NCBI GenBank assembly: GCA_044239605.1
Contig: JBIIBC010000003.1
Coordinates: forward strand, 154,287-218,286
Length of the DNA: 64,000 bases
DNA from: Bacteroidia bacterium
GTDB lineage: Bacteria; Bacteroidota; Bacteroidia; UKL13-3
Reading direction: 5' to 3'
A model generated the notes under the pieces. The model worked only from the letters and a program-made list of their open reading frames with translations. It did no database searches and was not told where the DNA came from. Shown in pieces: positions 21,155-30,230 of the stretch. Position 1 is the first letter of the stretch, and every line of letters begins with the position of its first letter. Position numbers and translations under genes: made by a program.

Positions 21155-22309
21155 TTAAATTAATTTTTGAAATGCTTTTATCCATCTGTCAGGTATTTCG
21201 TTCGAAAGTGCAATTTGGTAATCAGCATAACTACAAGGCACCATAAATGAACCCTTATTATCGCTTTTATCCTTAGGATATGGCACTTCCATCCACCATC
21301 TTTCACTCAATATATTTTTATAAAAAGTAATTTCATAGGTATCTTGAATACTGGTATAATAAACCATAAAATCATTGCTTTCTTTAGTTGGGTATTCTAC
21401 TTTTCTATTACCAAATCCATCAATAAAATACCATAGCATCTGAGCTGCTAGTTGACTAGTTAAATTATTCAAATCATGTGTAGGATTTATATTATAAATA
21501 CCAAATGATTTCAAATCATTACTCATTCCTGCATAACGGGCAATCTGGCAAGCCTCTTCGCCCATAAAACCATTGGCTGATGGCATATTTTGACCATGTG
21601 CATCGGCTGCTTTAATTGCCGACATATTAAATGCCATCATATCTGCATTTCTGCAAAAAGGTTCAATATCTTGAATTTTATTTCGAAAATTTCCTAATCG
21701 AAGCATATCAAAGTTCATTCGCTCAAACGCATCGTAGTTTTCAGGTTCTACAAAATAACTTTGATGACCAATATGCGCAATGTTGAACAAATAATTTTTT
21801 GGATGTGCAATTATTTTACTGATGTATCCATTGTTTTCGGGATTATCGTCATCAAATTTCAAGGCCACTCTTGCATCTACAAACAATACATTCATATTAA
21901 AATGTGTTTCTTCGTAAGCAGCATATTGTGCATAAACAAAATCCTCACTAGCACCTATTATTAAACACATAATATTCTTTTTCAAAAGTGTGGCAATAGT
22001 TTGTTTAAGAGCAAAATAAGTATCGCTTAAAGTGTTACCAGCCTCTATATTTCCTAAATCAACTATGCGAAAATCATTTCTATGCTTAATTAACTGATAA
22101 AATTCCTTTCTAACAGTATTAGCAGCCAATGCCGATCCACTAAATTCAGGTCTTAATCTATCATCGCAAACTCCAACAATAGCAATATCAAAATTTTCTA
22201 AATTATCTGTATTATTGGTAAATGTGGTGCTATAAAAAACACTTTTTTGGCCACAGTTTGAGGCTAAAAAATCGATAGTGCTTTTAGGTATTGGTTTTAA
22301 AAATTCCAT
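21155..22309 (-). CDS. Arginase/formimidoylglutamase-fold protein (degenerate metal site)
   Basis: IAIVGV, DLGNI, HIGHQSY, SANGFMGEEACQIARYAG, QMLWYFIDG, RWWMEVP. Confidence 0.8.
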   Translation of the reverse strand: MEFLKPIPKSTIDFLASNCGQKSVFYSTTFTNNTDNLENFDIAIVGVCDDRLRPEFSGSALAANTVRKEFYQLIKHRNDFRIVDLGNIEAGNTLSDTYFALKQTIATLLKKNIMCLIIGASEDFVYAQYAAYEETHFNMNVLFVDARVALKFDDDNPENNGYISKIIAHPKNYLFNIAHIGHQSYFVEPENYDAFERMNFDMLRLGNFRNKIQDIEPFCRNADMMAFNMSAIKAADAHGQNMPSANGFMGEEACQIARYAGMSNDLKSFGIYNINPTHDLNNLTSQLAAQMLWYFIDGFGNRKVEYPTKESNDFMVYYTSIQDTYEITFYKNILSERWWMEVPYPKDKSDNKGSFMVPCSYADYQIALSNEIPDRWIKAFQKLI

Positions 22310-22420
22310 GGTTATTATTTTTATCTACTTTTAGTTTTAAACAATCGCTTATTTCATAGTAGCTATTTGCCTCAAAACTCATTAATTTGTTGGCATATAA
22401 AATAAACATATCCACAAACA

Positions 22421-23443
22421 GTGATTTTAGTTACCGGTTCAACAGGTTTTTTAGGTGCCCACATGGCTTGTTATTTAATTTTACAAGGTAAAAAAATAAA
22501 GCTAATTAGGCGAAGTACAGCTAGTTTGGTAGAGTTTAATAAAATATTTAATTACTATTTCAACCATTTTAGTATTGATGCAAAAAATGCATTATTCCAA
22601 TCTTTAAATTGGGTAGAGGCCGATATTTTAAATTTGCCACAACTTCAAGAAGCATTTTTAGGTGTTACAGAAGTATATCATTGCGCAGCAATGGTAAGTT
22701 TTGCCCAAGCTGATAAAACAAAAATGGACAAAACCAATATTGAAGGAACAGCCAATATGGTAAACCTAGCTCTCATTAATAAGGTTGAAAAATTTTGCTA
22801 TATCAGTTCCATAGCGGCTATTGGTCGTAGTTTGAATGGTAAAACTATAAACGAAAATTGCAAATGGGAGAATGGAAAATTAAATAGCAATTATGCCATT
22901 AGCAAATACAAAGCCGAGATGGAAGTTTGGAGAGCCAAAGAAGAAGGTTTGAATATTTGTATTATTAATCCTGGTGTTATATTAGGCTATGGCGATTTTA
23001 CAAAAGGCTCTGTGGTTCTTTTTAATTCTATTTACAAAGGAATGCCATTTTATACCAATGGTGTAAACGGCTATATTGATGTACAAGATATTACTAAAGT
23101 TTGTCTTCAATTAATGGAACAAAATATTTTTGGTGAACGCTATATTTTGGTAAGTGAAAGCATTAGTATAAAAAGTTTATTTTTCAATATTGCCAAATAC
23201 TTGGATGTAAAGCCGCCAAGAATAGTTATAACTCCTTTTTTAAGTGAAGTGGCGTGGCGCATATTTGCCATAATTCGCTTTTTAAAATTATCAAAATTTA
23301 GTTTAACAAAAGAAACCGCTAGAGCATCGCAGAAACAATATTATTATGATAATAATAAAATAATTAAAACGCTAAATTTTAAGTTTAAACCTATAGAACA
23401 AACTATTAAAGAAGTGTGTAATTCCTTTTTGGGTGATTTATAG
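22421..23443 (+). CDS. NAD-dependent epimerase/dehydratase (extended SDR)
   Basis: VTGSTGFLG, YHCAA, NIEGT, YAISK. Confidence 0.9.
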   Translation: MILVTGSTGFLGAHMACYLILQGKKIKLIRRSTASLVEFNKIFNYYFNHFSIDAKNALFQSLNWVEADILNLPQLQEAFLGVTEVYHCAAMVSFAQADKTKMDKTNIEGTANMVNLALINKVEKFCYISSIAAIGRSLNGKTINENCKWENGKLNSNYAISKYKAEMEVWRAKEEGLNICIINPGVILGYGDFTKGSVVLFNSIYKGMPFYTNGVNGYIDVQDITKVCLQLMEQNIFGERYILVSESISIKSLFFNIAKYLDVKPPRIVITPFLSEVAWRIFAIIRFLKLSKFSLTKETARASQKQYYYDNNKIIKTLNFKFKPIEQTIKEVCNSFLGDL

Positions 23444-23486
23444 TTATGCCAAAAATGTAATTTTGACATACAGTTTAAATATTCAA

Positions 23487-23924
23487 TTACTTTTTCTTTT
23501 TCCCAAAGTCTTTTGGACCGAAGCCTTGTTCAGCTAGAGCCTGCCAATATTCTTTTCCATAAGCCACAAAAATTTCATCACCTGGAATGAAATTGCGACT
23601 TGCTATGATATAAACCCTGCCACGTATTATTTCAAAACGTGCATTGTTTTTAAGTCCGCTGATTTTGGTAAATCCATTGGCATCATTGCAATATCTTGCC
23701 AAACTATCTAAATGATGTTGAGCATCAATACATTTCTTTTCACTTATATAAAAATAGTAAGCACCTACTCCTTCTTTAATTTCGTTATTTCTACGCTCAC
23801 ATTCTTTCCAAGTGATTACATCTCCTGTATATTCTATTATTCGTTCACCACGCTTAATTTTCGCATCAGTAAACAATCCTTTTCCTGCACCTTTAAGTGT
23901 GCTTTCAGCTACATATAATGCCAT
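23487..23924 (-). CDS. SET domain protein
   Basis: GAGKGLFT, IEYTG, ARYCND, GDEIFVAYG..YW. Confidence 0.88.
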   Translation of the reverse strand: MALYVAESTLKGAGKGLFTDAKIKRGERIIEYTGDVITWKECERRNNEIKEGVGAYYFYISEKKCIDAQHHLDSLARYCNDANGFTKISGLKNNARFEIIRGRVYIIASRNFIPGDEIFVAYGKEYWQALAEQGFGPKDFGKKKK

Positions 23925-23946
23925 CTAATTTAAATTTAATGTAATA

Positions 23947-24606
23947 CTAAATTCCAGGTACTACTCTTTCTTGCTTACCAATTATCATTCTAAAATGATC
24001 ATCAAGTACATTTAAACTGTTTTCAAAATGCTCATTATTATTTACTATGATATCGGCTTGAGGCATAAATGGAAGTAAAAATTTTTGATAGGCAGGCATT
24101 ACATGATTTTTCCATTGGTAATGAATATAATCAGTTGGAATATTGCGTTCAGCCGAATCTCGCTTAAGCCTTCTGTTTAATGCTATTGATTCATCGGCTT
24201 GAATAAATATTTTTAAATCAAATTGTTTTCTAATAGCCTCCGAGTAAAAAATAAAAAGTCCTTCGCAAACTATTATTGGCGCTGGTTTAAATGTTAAAAG
24301 AGGCCCTACCTGATTTTCATGTTGAAACAAATACTCATTACGGAATATTGTTTCATTATTATGTAATTTTTCTAAATCTTTTGCAAATGCATTCAAATCT
24401 ATGCATTCAGGGAGATCAAAATTAATATTCCCTTCTTCATCTAATATATGCTCATATGCCAATTTATAATAATTATCTTGGCTTATAACACATAACTCGT
24501 CAGTGCTAAATAATTTTTTTAGTGAGTTTAAAAAATGGGTTTTACCCATGGCACTTCCACCTGTTATACCAACTAAATAAGGTTTTTGAACTTGCATAAT
24601 CGGCAT
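23947..24606 (-). CDS. udk: Uridine kinase family protein
   Basis: GITGGSAMGKT, SQDNYY, NFDLP, EGLF, RRLKRD..ER. Confidence 0.8.
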   Translation of the reverse strand: MPIMQVQKPYLVGITGGSAMGKTHFLNSLKKLFSTDELCVISQDNYYKLAYEHILDEEGNINFDLPECIDLNAFAKDLEKLHNNETIFRNEYLFQHENQVGPLLTFKPAPIIVCEGLFIFYSEAIRKQFDLKIFIQADESIALNRRLKRDSAERNIPTDYIHYQWKNHVMPAYQKFLLPFMPQADIIVNNNEHFENSLNVLDDHFRMIIGKQERVVPGI

Positions 24607-24608
24607 GC

Positions 24609-24646
24609 AAAATAGGTTTTATTGAGGAGTAATTAAAACCTATTTT
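24609..24646 (-). terminator. Stem-loop upstream of udk (probable terminator)
   Basis: AAAATAGGTTTTA...TAAAACCTATTTT inverted repeat. Confidence 0.5.
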
Positions 24647-24669
24647 AAATATGTCCAATTGATTTTTGT

Positions 24670-25689
24670 TTAGTTAAACAATTGCAGTAAGCAAGTTTTC
24701 AAAATATCTGCCATATTTTTAGCCTTTAAAAACCTTTGATTTTTATAGTGAATGGCCAATTCATTTTTAAGTTTTTCTACATTTTGAGGTGTAGAAATAG
24801 CATCTTTACTCATGGCATTTAACAAGTTAAACATAGGCCAACGCGCTGCTTTAAGCCTTGCTACCATTACCGAGCGTTCTTCGCGTTGGTATTGATAAAT
24901 ACTTTCTTTACTTAAACACTGTGTTGCTAACTCCACATAATCTTTATTTTGCTTATAAAATTGTGGCAAGTAAACATTTTTTCTGCCTTCATGACTTTGC
25001 TGGTCAAAATCTATCGCTCTAATTCTGTAATGAATTTCCTCAAAATCGGGGATAACCTGAATAACAAAATTGCTGGAATGCATATCGCCTAAAAGCCTTA
25101 TAAAACAGCGTTCATTAAATTTTACAAATTCCTTAGCTAGCCTTATGGCATTAAAGTTTTCTTTGTTAAAATAAAGCTTTAAAAAATCATCACCAGGAAC
25201 ACCAACTATGTGTTCTTCAATTAATGTATCGCCACTAACCAAATAACTAATGCGGTTAGGAGATAACAAATGCTCTAATTCCAAACCATAAATTCTGGAA
25301 GCATCCGCATTTTTTACATAAAAATAATCAAAATTATCGTTCAGTTTATTAATAATTCTAATTCTAAATGGCATTGAATTTCCATACAAACAATAATCAA
25401 TACGCTCGACTGCCAAATGCTCTAAAATATTAACATCTCCACCTGTTTTAAGCAACGCATAAATCTTTAATAAATCATAATGAATTTGTTCTGTATCGCT
25501 TTGCGGATAAAGGCAAGTTTCCCATAAAGTATCCTTTCCTTTTTTATCGTAAAGCGCTATGCTATCACTAAAATTTTTTAAGTGAGGATATTGAATAGGC
25601 AAGTTAATGCCACGTCCATGTGTTTAAAGATAATGCCTTAAATTTGGGCTTACCTTAACTGGTTGTTTTCGTTTACTAATTTGTTGCAA
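24670..25689 (-). CDS. Conserved protein with PI3K/HipA-like kinase motifs; in-frame TAA at 25624-25626 (the open part is 24670-25602)
   Basis: FYVK, LLGDMHSSNF, IRAIDFD; upstream frame reads TTG(25689)-QQISKRKQPVKVSPNLRHYL*THGRGINLPIQY. Confidence 0.65.
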
Positions 25690-25878
25690 TTAATTTGGTG
25701 TTTAACGTTAAAAACAAACTTAGCAATAAATTGTGAATGTATGTTTATGATTAGTTTGTTCAAGTATAATTTATTCCATTTTTAGCCATACTAAATGTAA
25801 TTTTATTTTTATAGAAAATTCTTTATTATGTTATCTTTATTGTTTATCATATGGCTTTAACATTTAAATGATTTAAAC

Positions 25879-25914
25879 AAAAAACGCAAGCACTTTTGGT
25901 GCTTGCGTTTTTTT
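25879..25914 (-). terminator. Intrinsic terminator after the peroxiredoxin gene
   Basis: AAAAAACGCAAGCAC-TTTTG-GTGCTTGCGTTTTTT. Confidence 0.85.
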
Positions 25915-25935
25915 ATAGATAGCTAACTAAATAAT

Positions 25936-26409
25936 TTAGTTCAATTCAGCTAAAGTAGCGTTAATAGCTTCAAAATTAGGCAAATCGCCAGGACTTGCTA
26001 ATACTTCAGCGTATTGAATAACACCTTCTTTGTCAATTACAAAAGCTGAGCGTTTTGAAACACCTTGCATACCAAAAGCAGGAAAAGTTTCGTACAAAGC
26101 GCCATAAGCAGCTGAAGTTGTTTTGTTAAAATCCGATAATAAATCGAATGATAAATTTTGCTCAGTTTTAAATTTATCTAATACAAACAATGAATCAACC
26201 GAAATAGCTACCACATCGGCATTATCGTTTTTATACATAGTAATGGCATCACGCACTGTGCACAATTGTGCTGTGCAAACGCCTGTAAAAGCTAATGGAA
26301 AAAAGTGTACCACTAAGTTTTTACCTTTAAAATCTTCTAATTTAACTTCCTTTTTTTCAGTATTTAATAATGAAAACGAAGGTGCTTTATCTCCTTTTTG
26401 TAGTGTCAT
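25936..26409 (-). CDS. Peroxiredoxin (AhpC/TSA, AhpE-like)
   Basis: GDKAPSF, FFPLAFTGVCTAQLC, LLSDFN, RSAFVID. Confidence 0.92.
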   Translation of the reverse strand: MTLQKGDKAPSFSLLNTEKKEVKLEDFKGKNLVVHFFPLAFTGVCTAQLCTVRDAITMYKNDNADVVAISVDSLFVLDKFKTEQNLSFDLLSDFNKTTSAAYGALYETFPAFGMQGVSKRSAFVIDKEGVIQYAEVLASPGDLPNFEAINATLAELN

Positions 26410-26476
26410 GTTATATTTTGTTGTTATAATTTTTAAACTGCAATACTAAAAAAATGTTTTGACCAATTTTAGAATA

Positions 26477-27481
26477 TTATTTTATTCTTTTCATTCCTTC
26501 AATTGCTAATTGATACTGTGGGCTGTATTTCAAAACAAATTCATAATTTAATTTTGCATTGACTTTATCTTTCAGCATCTCGTAGCAAAGCCCTCGCATA
26601 TAGTAAGCTGGCAAATAATCGTTCATCATGCGCACACACAAATCAAAATTATGAATGGCTTCTTTTAAAAAACCAGTTTCAAAATTTATATAGCCCACAT
26701 TATAGTAGCATTGGTAATAATTCATGTTTTTGTCAATTACCTTTTTGTAATCGCTTAAAGCCATTTTAAATTGCTTTTGGTTTTGCCAAAAAGTGCCTCT
26801 TGCAAAAAACGCATCTTCATCGTTAGGTCTAATGCTGATGGCTGCATTTATATATTCTAATGCCAATTTGTTATTTTGAGCCATTAAAATTTTTGCCAAA
26901 ATCATGTGGCTATCAAAATCGTTATTATCTAATTCAATTGCTTTTTGGAAGTTTAAAATAGCTTTAGCCGTATCGCCCACATCTTTGTAATTCATTGCTC
27001 TAATGTGGTAGGCGTAAGCCTTGGTTTTATCTAATGCCAAAACCGAATTGGCTAAATTAATTGACTTTTCGTGCTCTTTGGTAATATAGTACAAATCAGC
27101 AAGTTTTATTTTTGCGTCAATAAATTCAGGTGCTAAGGCAATTGCTTTTTCATAGTTTTTAGCAGCTAGTAATGAGCGGTTTAAGCCGTAATTACAACGA
27201 GCTTGCATATAAAAATAATTGGGATTGGTTGAATCTAAGGTACTAGCATCTTTAAAATCAATTTCGGCTCTTTCTAAAATATCGGCAGCAAAATACTTTT
27301 CGCCTCTTTCAAAATACAATTCAGGATTGCGCGGATTTTCTTGGATTTTTAACGAAACTTCCTGAACACCAGCTTTTATGGCTAACGAATCAATATTGGC
27401 AGAAGTAGCGGTTTTATTTGTATTGCTGCCACAGGCAATAAAAAGAATAGCAGCAATAAAAAGGATAGTATTTTTATACAT
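26477..27481 (-). CDS. TPR-repeat lipoprotein
   Basis: Lipobox FIAC; multiple TPR units. Confidence 0.85.
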   Translation of the reverse strand: MYKNTILFIAAILFIACGSNTNKTATSANIDSLAIKAGVQEVSLKIQENPRNPELYFERGEKYFAADILERAEIDFKDASTLDSTNPNYFYMQARCNYGLNRSLLAAKNYEKAIALAPEFIDAKIKLADLYYITKEHEKSINLANSVLALDKTKAYAYHIRAMNYKDVGDTAKAILNFQKAIELDNNDFDSHMILAKILMAQNNKLALEYINAAISIRPNDEDAFFARGTFWQNQKQFKMALSDYKKVIDKNMNYYQCYYNVGYINFETGFLKEAIHNFDLCVRMMNDYLPAYYMRGLCYEMLKDKVNAKLNYEFVLKYSPQYQLAIEGMKRIK

Positions 27482-27537
27482 TTATGGTAAATTTTAGCTG
27501 AAATAAATAAGTGTTTATTACAAGTCACAAAAAAACA

Positions 27538-27545
27538 TAATTTTG
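27538..27545 (+). promoter_or_regulatory. Bacteroidota -7 promoter box for the FHB-hmgA-hppD operon
   Basis: TAATTTTG matches TAnnTTTG. Confidence 0.55.
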
Positions 27546-27556
27546 TTGGCTCAAAA

Positions 27557-27623
27557 AAGTTTTAAAGTTTAAAGAAGTGTTTATGTTTTTTTAAGTGTTA
27601 AAGTGTTTATGTAGCTTTTGTTT
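27557..27623 (+). repeat. Degenerate ~8-nt repeat tract (AAGTGTTA/AAGTTTTA), 5' arm of FHB cassette 1
   Basis: AAGTGTTAAAGT at 27593-27604 is the exact reverse complement of 28031-28042. Confidence 0.7.
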
Positions 27624-27992
27624 ATGAGTAAAATTGACCGTTTTGAAGATTTAGATTGCTGGAAGAAATCAAGAGAGCTGGTGAATTTAATCTTTGATAT
27701 TTGCGAAAATCAAATGAAAAACAAAGATTTTTCTACTCAAGACCAAATAAAAAGAGCAGCATTATCAACTATGAACAATATTGCAGAAGGATTTGGTAGA
27801 TATAGTAATAAAGAGTTTATTCGTTTTTTGGAGTATTCAGCTGCTTCTTCAATGGAAATCAGAAGTATGTTTTATATTTTATCTGACAGAAAATATATTG
27901 ATGAAAATGAATTTGAAAAATGTTACAAACTAACAAATGACCTTACCAATACAACTTTAGGTTTGATTCGATATTTAAAAACAAAAATTTAA
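27624..27992 (+). CDS. Four helix bundle protein (23S rRNA IVS protein / bAvd-like, TIGR02436), copy 1
   Basis: RFEDLDCWKKS, DQIKRAALSTMNNIAEGFGR..KEFIRFL. Confidence 0.92.
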   Translation: MSKIDRFEDLDCWKKSRELVNLIFDICENQMKNKDFSTQDQIKRAALSTMNNIAEGFGRYSNKEFIRFLEYSAASSMEIRSMFYILSDRKYIDENEFEKCYKLTNDLTNTTLGLIRYLKTKI

Positions 27993-28066
27993 CTAAAAGC
28001 ACTAAGAACAAAAAAACTTTGAACTTAAAAACTTTAACACTTGTAAAATAAAGACTTTAACACTCA
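27993..28066 (+). repeat. Complementary tract (ACTTTAACACT x2), 3' arm of FHB cassette 1
   Basis: ACTTTAACACTT at 28031-28042 and ACTTTAACACT at 28054-28064; AAAAGC at 27995-28000 pairs with GCTTTT at 27614-27619. Confidence 0.7.
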
Positions 28067-28072
28067 AAAACA

Positions 28073-29230
28073 ATGGCATTTTACCACAAACAAGGACAAA
28101 TACCCGCTAAAAGACATACGCAATTCAGAAAACCCGATGGCAATTTATATGCTGAAGAATTGGTTTCAACCGAAGGTTTTAGCAGTTTATATTCATTGGT
28201 TTACCACTGTCACCCACCTACTTTGGTTAAGGAAATTGGCGAGGCATATGATATTGGGCCTAAGGCTGCTATCGAAAAGAATCTGCAAAACCGTAGTTTT
28301 TTAACCTTTAAAACTGCTCCAGTTGACGATTATTTAAAAAGTCGTGTGTATACGCTTTTTAATAACGATGTGTATTTGGCTTCGGCTGCACCTCGCAAAA
28401 GCATGACAGATTATTTTTTCAAGAATGCGGATGCTGATGAAGTATTATTTATTCATGAAGGAAGCGGTGTTTTAAAAACAGTTTATGGGCAAATTCCATT
28501 TGAATATGGCGATTATTTGGTAATTCCACGTGGTACCATTTACCAATTGCATTTTGAAACGGAGCAAAATAGGATTTTTATTACTGAATCGTTTTCGCCA
28601 ATCCGTCCACCAAAACGTTATTTAAACCAATATGGACAATTATTGGAGCACTCACCTTATTGCGAGCGCGATATAAAATTACCTGAGCTAAAAGAAACTT
28701 TTGATGAAAAAGGCGACTTTAAGGTTTTAATTAAAAAACAGGATATGATTTTTCCATATACTTATGCCACACATCCTTTTGATGCCATAGGTTGGGATGG
28801 ATTTCAGTATCCATTTGGGTTTAGTATTCATAACTATGAACCAATAACAGGTCGTGTGCACATGCCACCTCCAATTCATCAAACTTTTGAAGGACACAAT
28901 TTTGTAATTTGTTCGTTTGTGCCTCGTTTGTACGATTACCATCCACTTTCAATTCCTGCACCTTATAACCACAGCAATGTGGATAGTGATGAAGTTTTAT
29001 ATTATGTAGATGGAGATTTTATGAGCCGCAAGCACGTAGAACGCGGCATGATAAGTTTGCATCCAAAAGGTATTCCTCATGGTCCGCATCCTGGTACAGT
29101 TGAAAAATCGATTGGAAAATTAGAAACCAAAGAATTAGCTGTAATGATTGATCCATTTTATCCATTAAAAATTACTGAAGCTGCAATGCAAATGGAAGAT
29201 CCTGGTTATTATAAAACTTGGGTGGAGTAA
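28073..29230 (+). CDS. hmgA: Homogentisate 1,2-dioxygenase
   Basis: FFKNADADE, VIPRGT, HPFDAIGWDG, HMPPPIH, PYNHSNVDSDE, HGPHPG. Confidence 0.93.
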   Translation: MAFYHKQGQIPAKRHTQFRKPDGNLYAEELVSTEGFSSLYSLVYHCHPPTLVKEIGEAYDIGPKAAIEKNLQNRSFLTFKTAPVDDYLKSRVYTLFNNDVYLASAAPRKSMTDYFFKNADADEVLFIHEGSGVLKTVYGQIPFEYGDYLVIPRGTIYQLHFETEQNRIFITESFSPIRPPKRYLNQYGQLLEHSPYCERDIKLPELKETFDEKGDFKVLIKKQDMIFPYTYATHPFDAIGWDGFQYPFGFSIHNYEPITGRVHMPPPIHQTFEGHNFVICSFVPRLYDYHPLSIPAPYNHSNVDSDEVLYYVDGDFMSRKHVERGMISLHPKGIPHGPHPGTVEKSIGKLETKELAVMIDPFYPLKITEAAMQMEDPGYYKTWVE

Positions 29231-29231
29231 A

Positions 29232-29266
29232 TGAATTTTGAATGTTAGATTTTGGATGTTGAATGA
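29232..29266 (+). repeat. Five tandem degenerate heptamers directly after the hmgA stop
   Basis: TGAATTT TGAATGT TAGATTT TGGATGT TGAATGA. Confidence 0.75.
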
Positions 29267-29297
29267 TTGTTTGAAAGGATTTGAAAAAAGAATTATT

Positions 29298-29720
29298 ATG
29301 AAAAAAGCTAACTTTTTAAAAGTTTTATTTGCATTATCAATTTGTTTTTTAGGGTGTAAGGAGCAAGTTGGTCCTTGCGGAGACCCAGCTGCGCCTTTTT
29401 TCAGATTGAAAATTATTGACAAATTATCCAATCAAGCTGCTTGTAAAGTTTATGACTCAATTGAATTTAAAAGCCTTTATTCAGTTAAAACAATTAAGTT
29501 TTTGGTATACAAATATTCTTCCGACTCCTCGATTAACTTTAACTTTTCAAAAGGAGATACCATTTTATTTAGATTTGAATCTATTCATAATTTTGATACG
29601 CTAATTTCTTTCAGTACTTCTTTTTCAGGTAATGGAGGTCCTTGTAGCCAAGGAGGTTTAGTATTAGACAGTATTTACCATAACAATAAGAAAGTTGAAA
29701 CGAACACCATTTATTACTAA
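29298..29720 (+). CDS. Hypothetical lipoprotein
   Basis: MKKANFLKVLFALSICFLGC lipobox; start at ATG 29298 preferred because the longer ORF runs through the repeat tract. Confidence 0.65.
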   Translation: MKKANFLKVLFALSICFLGCKEQVGPCGDPAAPFFRLKIIDKLSNQAACKVYDSIEFKSLYSVKTIKFLVYKYSSDSSINFNFSKGDTILFRFESIHNFDTLISFSTSFSGNGGPCSQGGLVLDSIYHNNKKVETNTIYY

Positions 29721-29739
29721 ATTCAAATAAACTGACCAT

Positions 29740-30226
29740 TTGCAAAAAAACTTATCCATAATAAAAGATATAAAAGAAATTATATCCGTTTCGAAAGACA
29801 AAGCCATTAGGGCTGTTGACAATGAGCGGGTGTTGATGTATTGGCATATTGGCAAGCGTATTTTAGAAGAAGAACAAGAAGGAAAAGAAAGAGCGGTTTA
29901 TGGAGAGTATTTAATTAAAACTTTAGCTGAACAATTAGTGCCTGAATATGGAAGTGGATTTTCTATAAGACAATTAGAACTTTGCAGACAGTTTTACCGA
30001 ATTTTTCCAATTGCGAATGCACAGCGTTCGCAATTCAGTTGGACACATTACCGACTATTGATTCGTATAGAAAATGAGGATAAAAGAAGTTTTTATATTG
30101 CTGAAAGCGAAAAGTACAACAGCGATAAACAATCAAACTGTTTTTGCAAGAGAATTCCAATTATATTTGCCAACTGAAAAACAATTGATAGAAGAAATAA
30201 ACAAAGAATTCGATCGAATAAAATAA
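29740..30226 (+). pseudogene. DUF1016/YhcG gene with internal deletion and frameshift
   Basis: N-domain motifs (YWHIGKRI.EEEQ.G..RA.YG, GSGFS, FSWTHY), then in the +1 frame the family C-terminal tail NQTVFAREFQLYLPTEKQL...* ending at 30226. Confidence 0.82.
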
Positions 30227-30230
30227 AACT

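Noticed and set aside
23487-23924. SET-domain protein as a host-targeting effector
   Set aside because: No secretion signal; small SET proteins are common in free-living bacteria.
27624-27992. rRNA operon with an intervening sequence
   Set aside because: There is no rRNA sequence around any FHB gene; all flanks are protein-coding operons.
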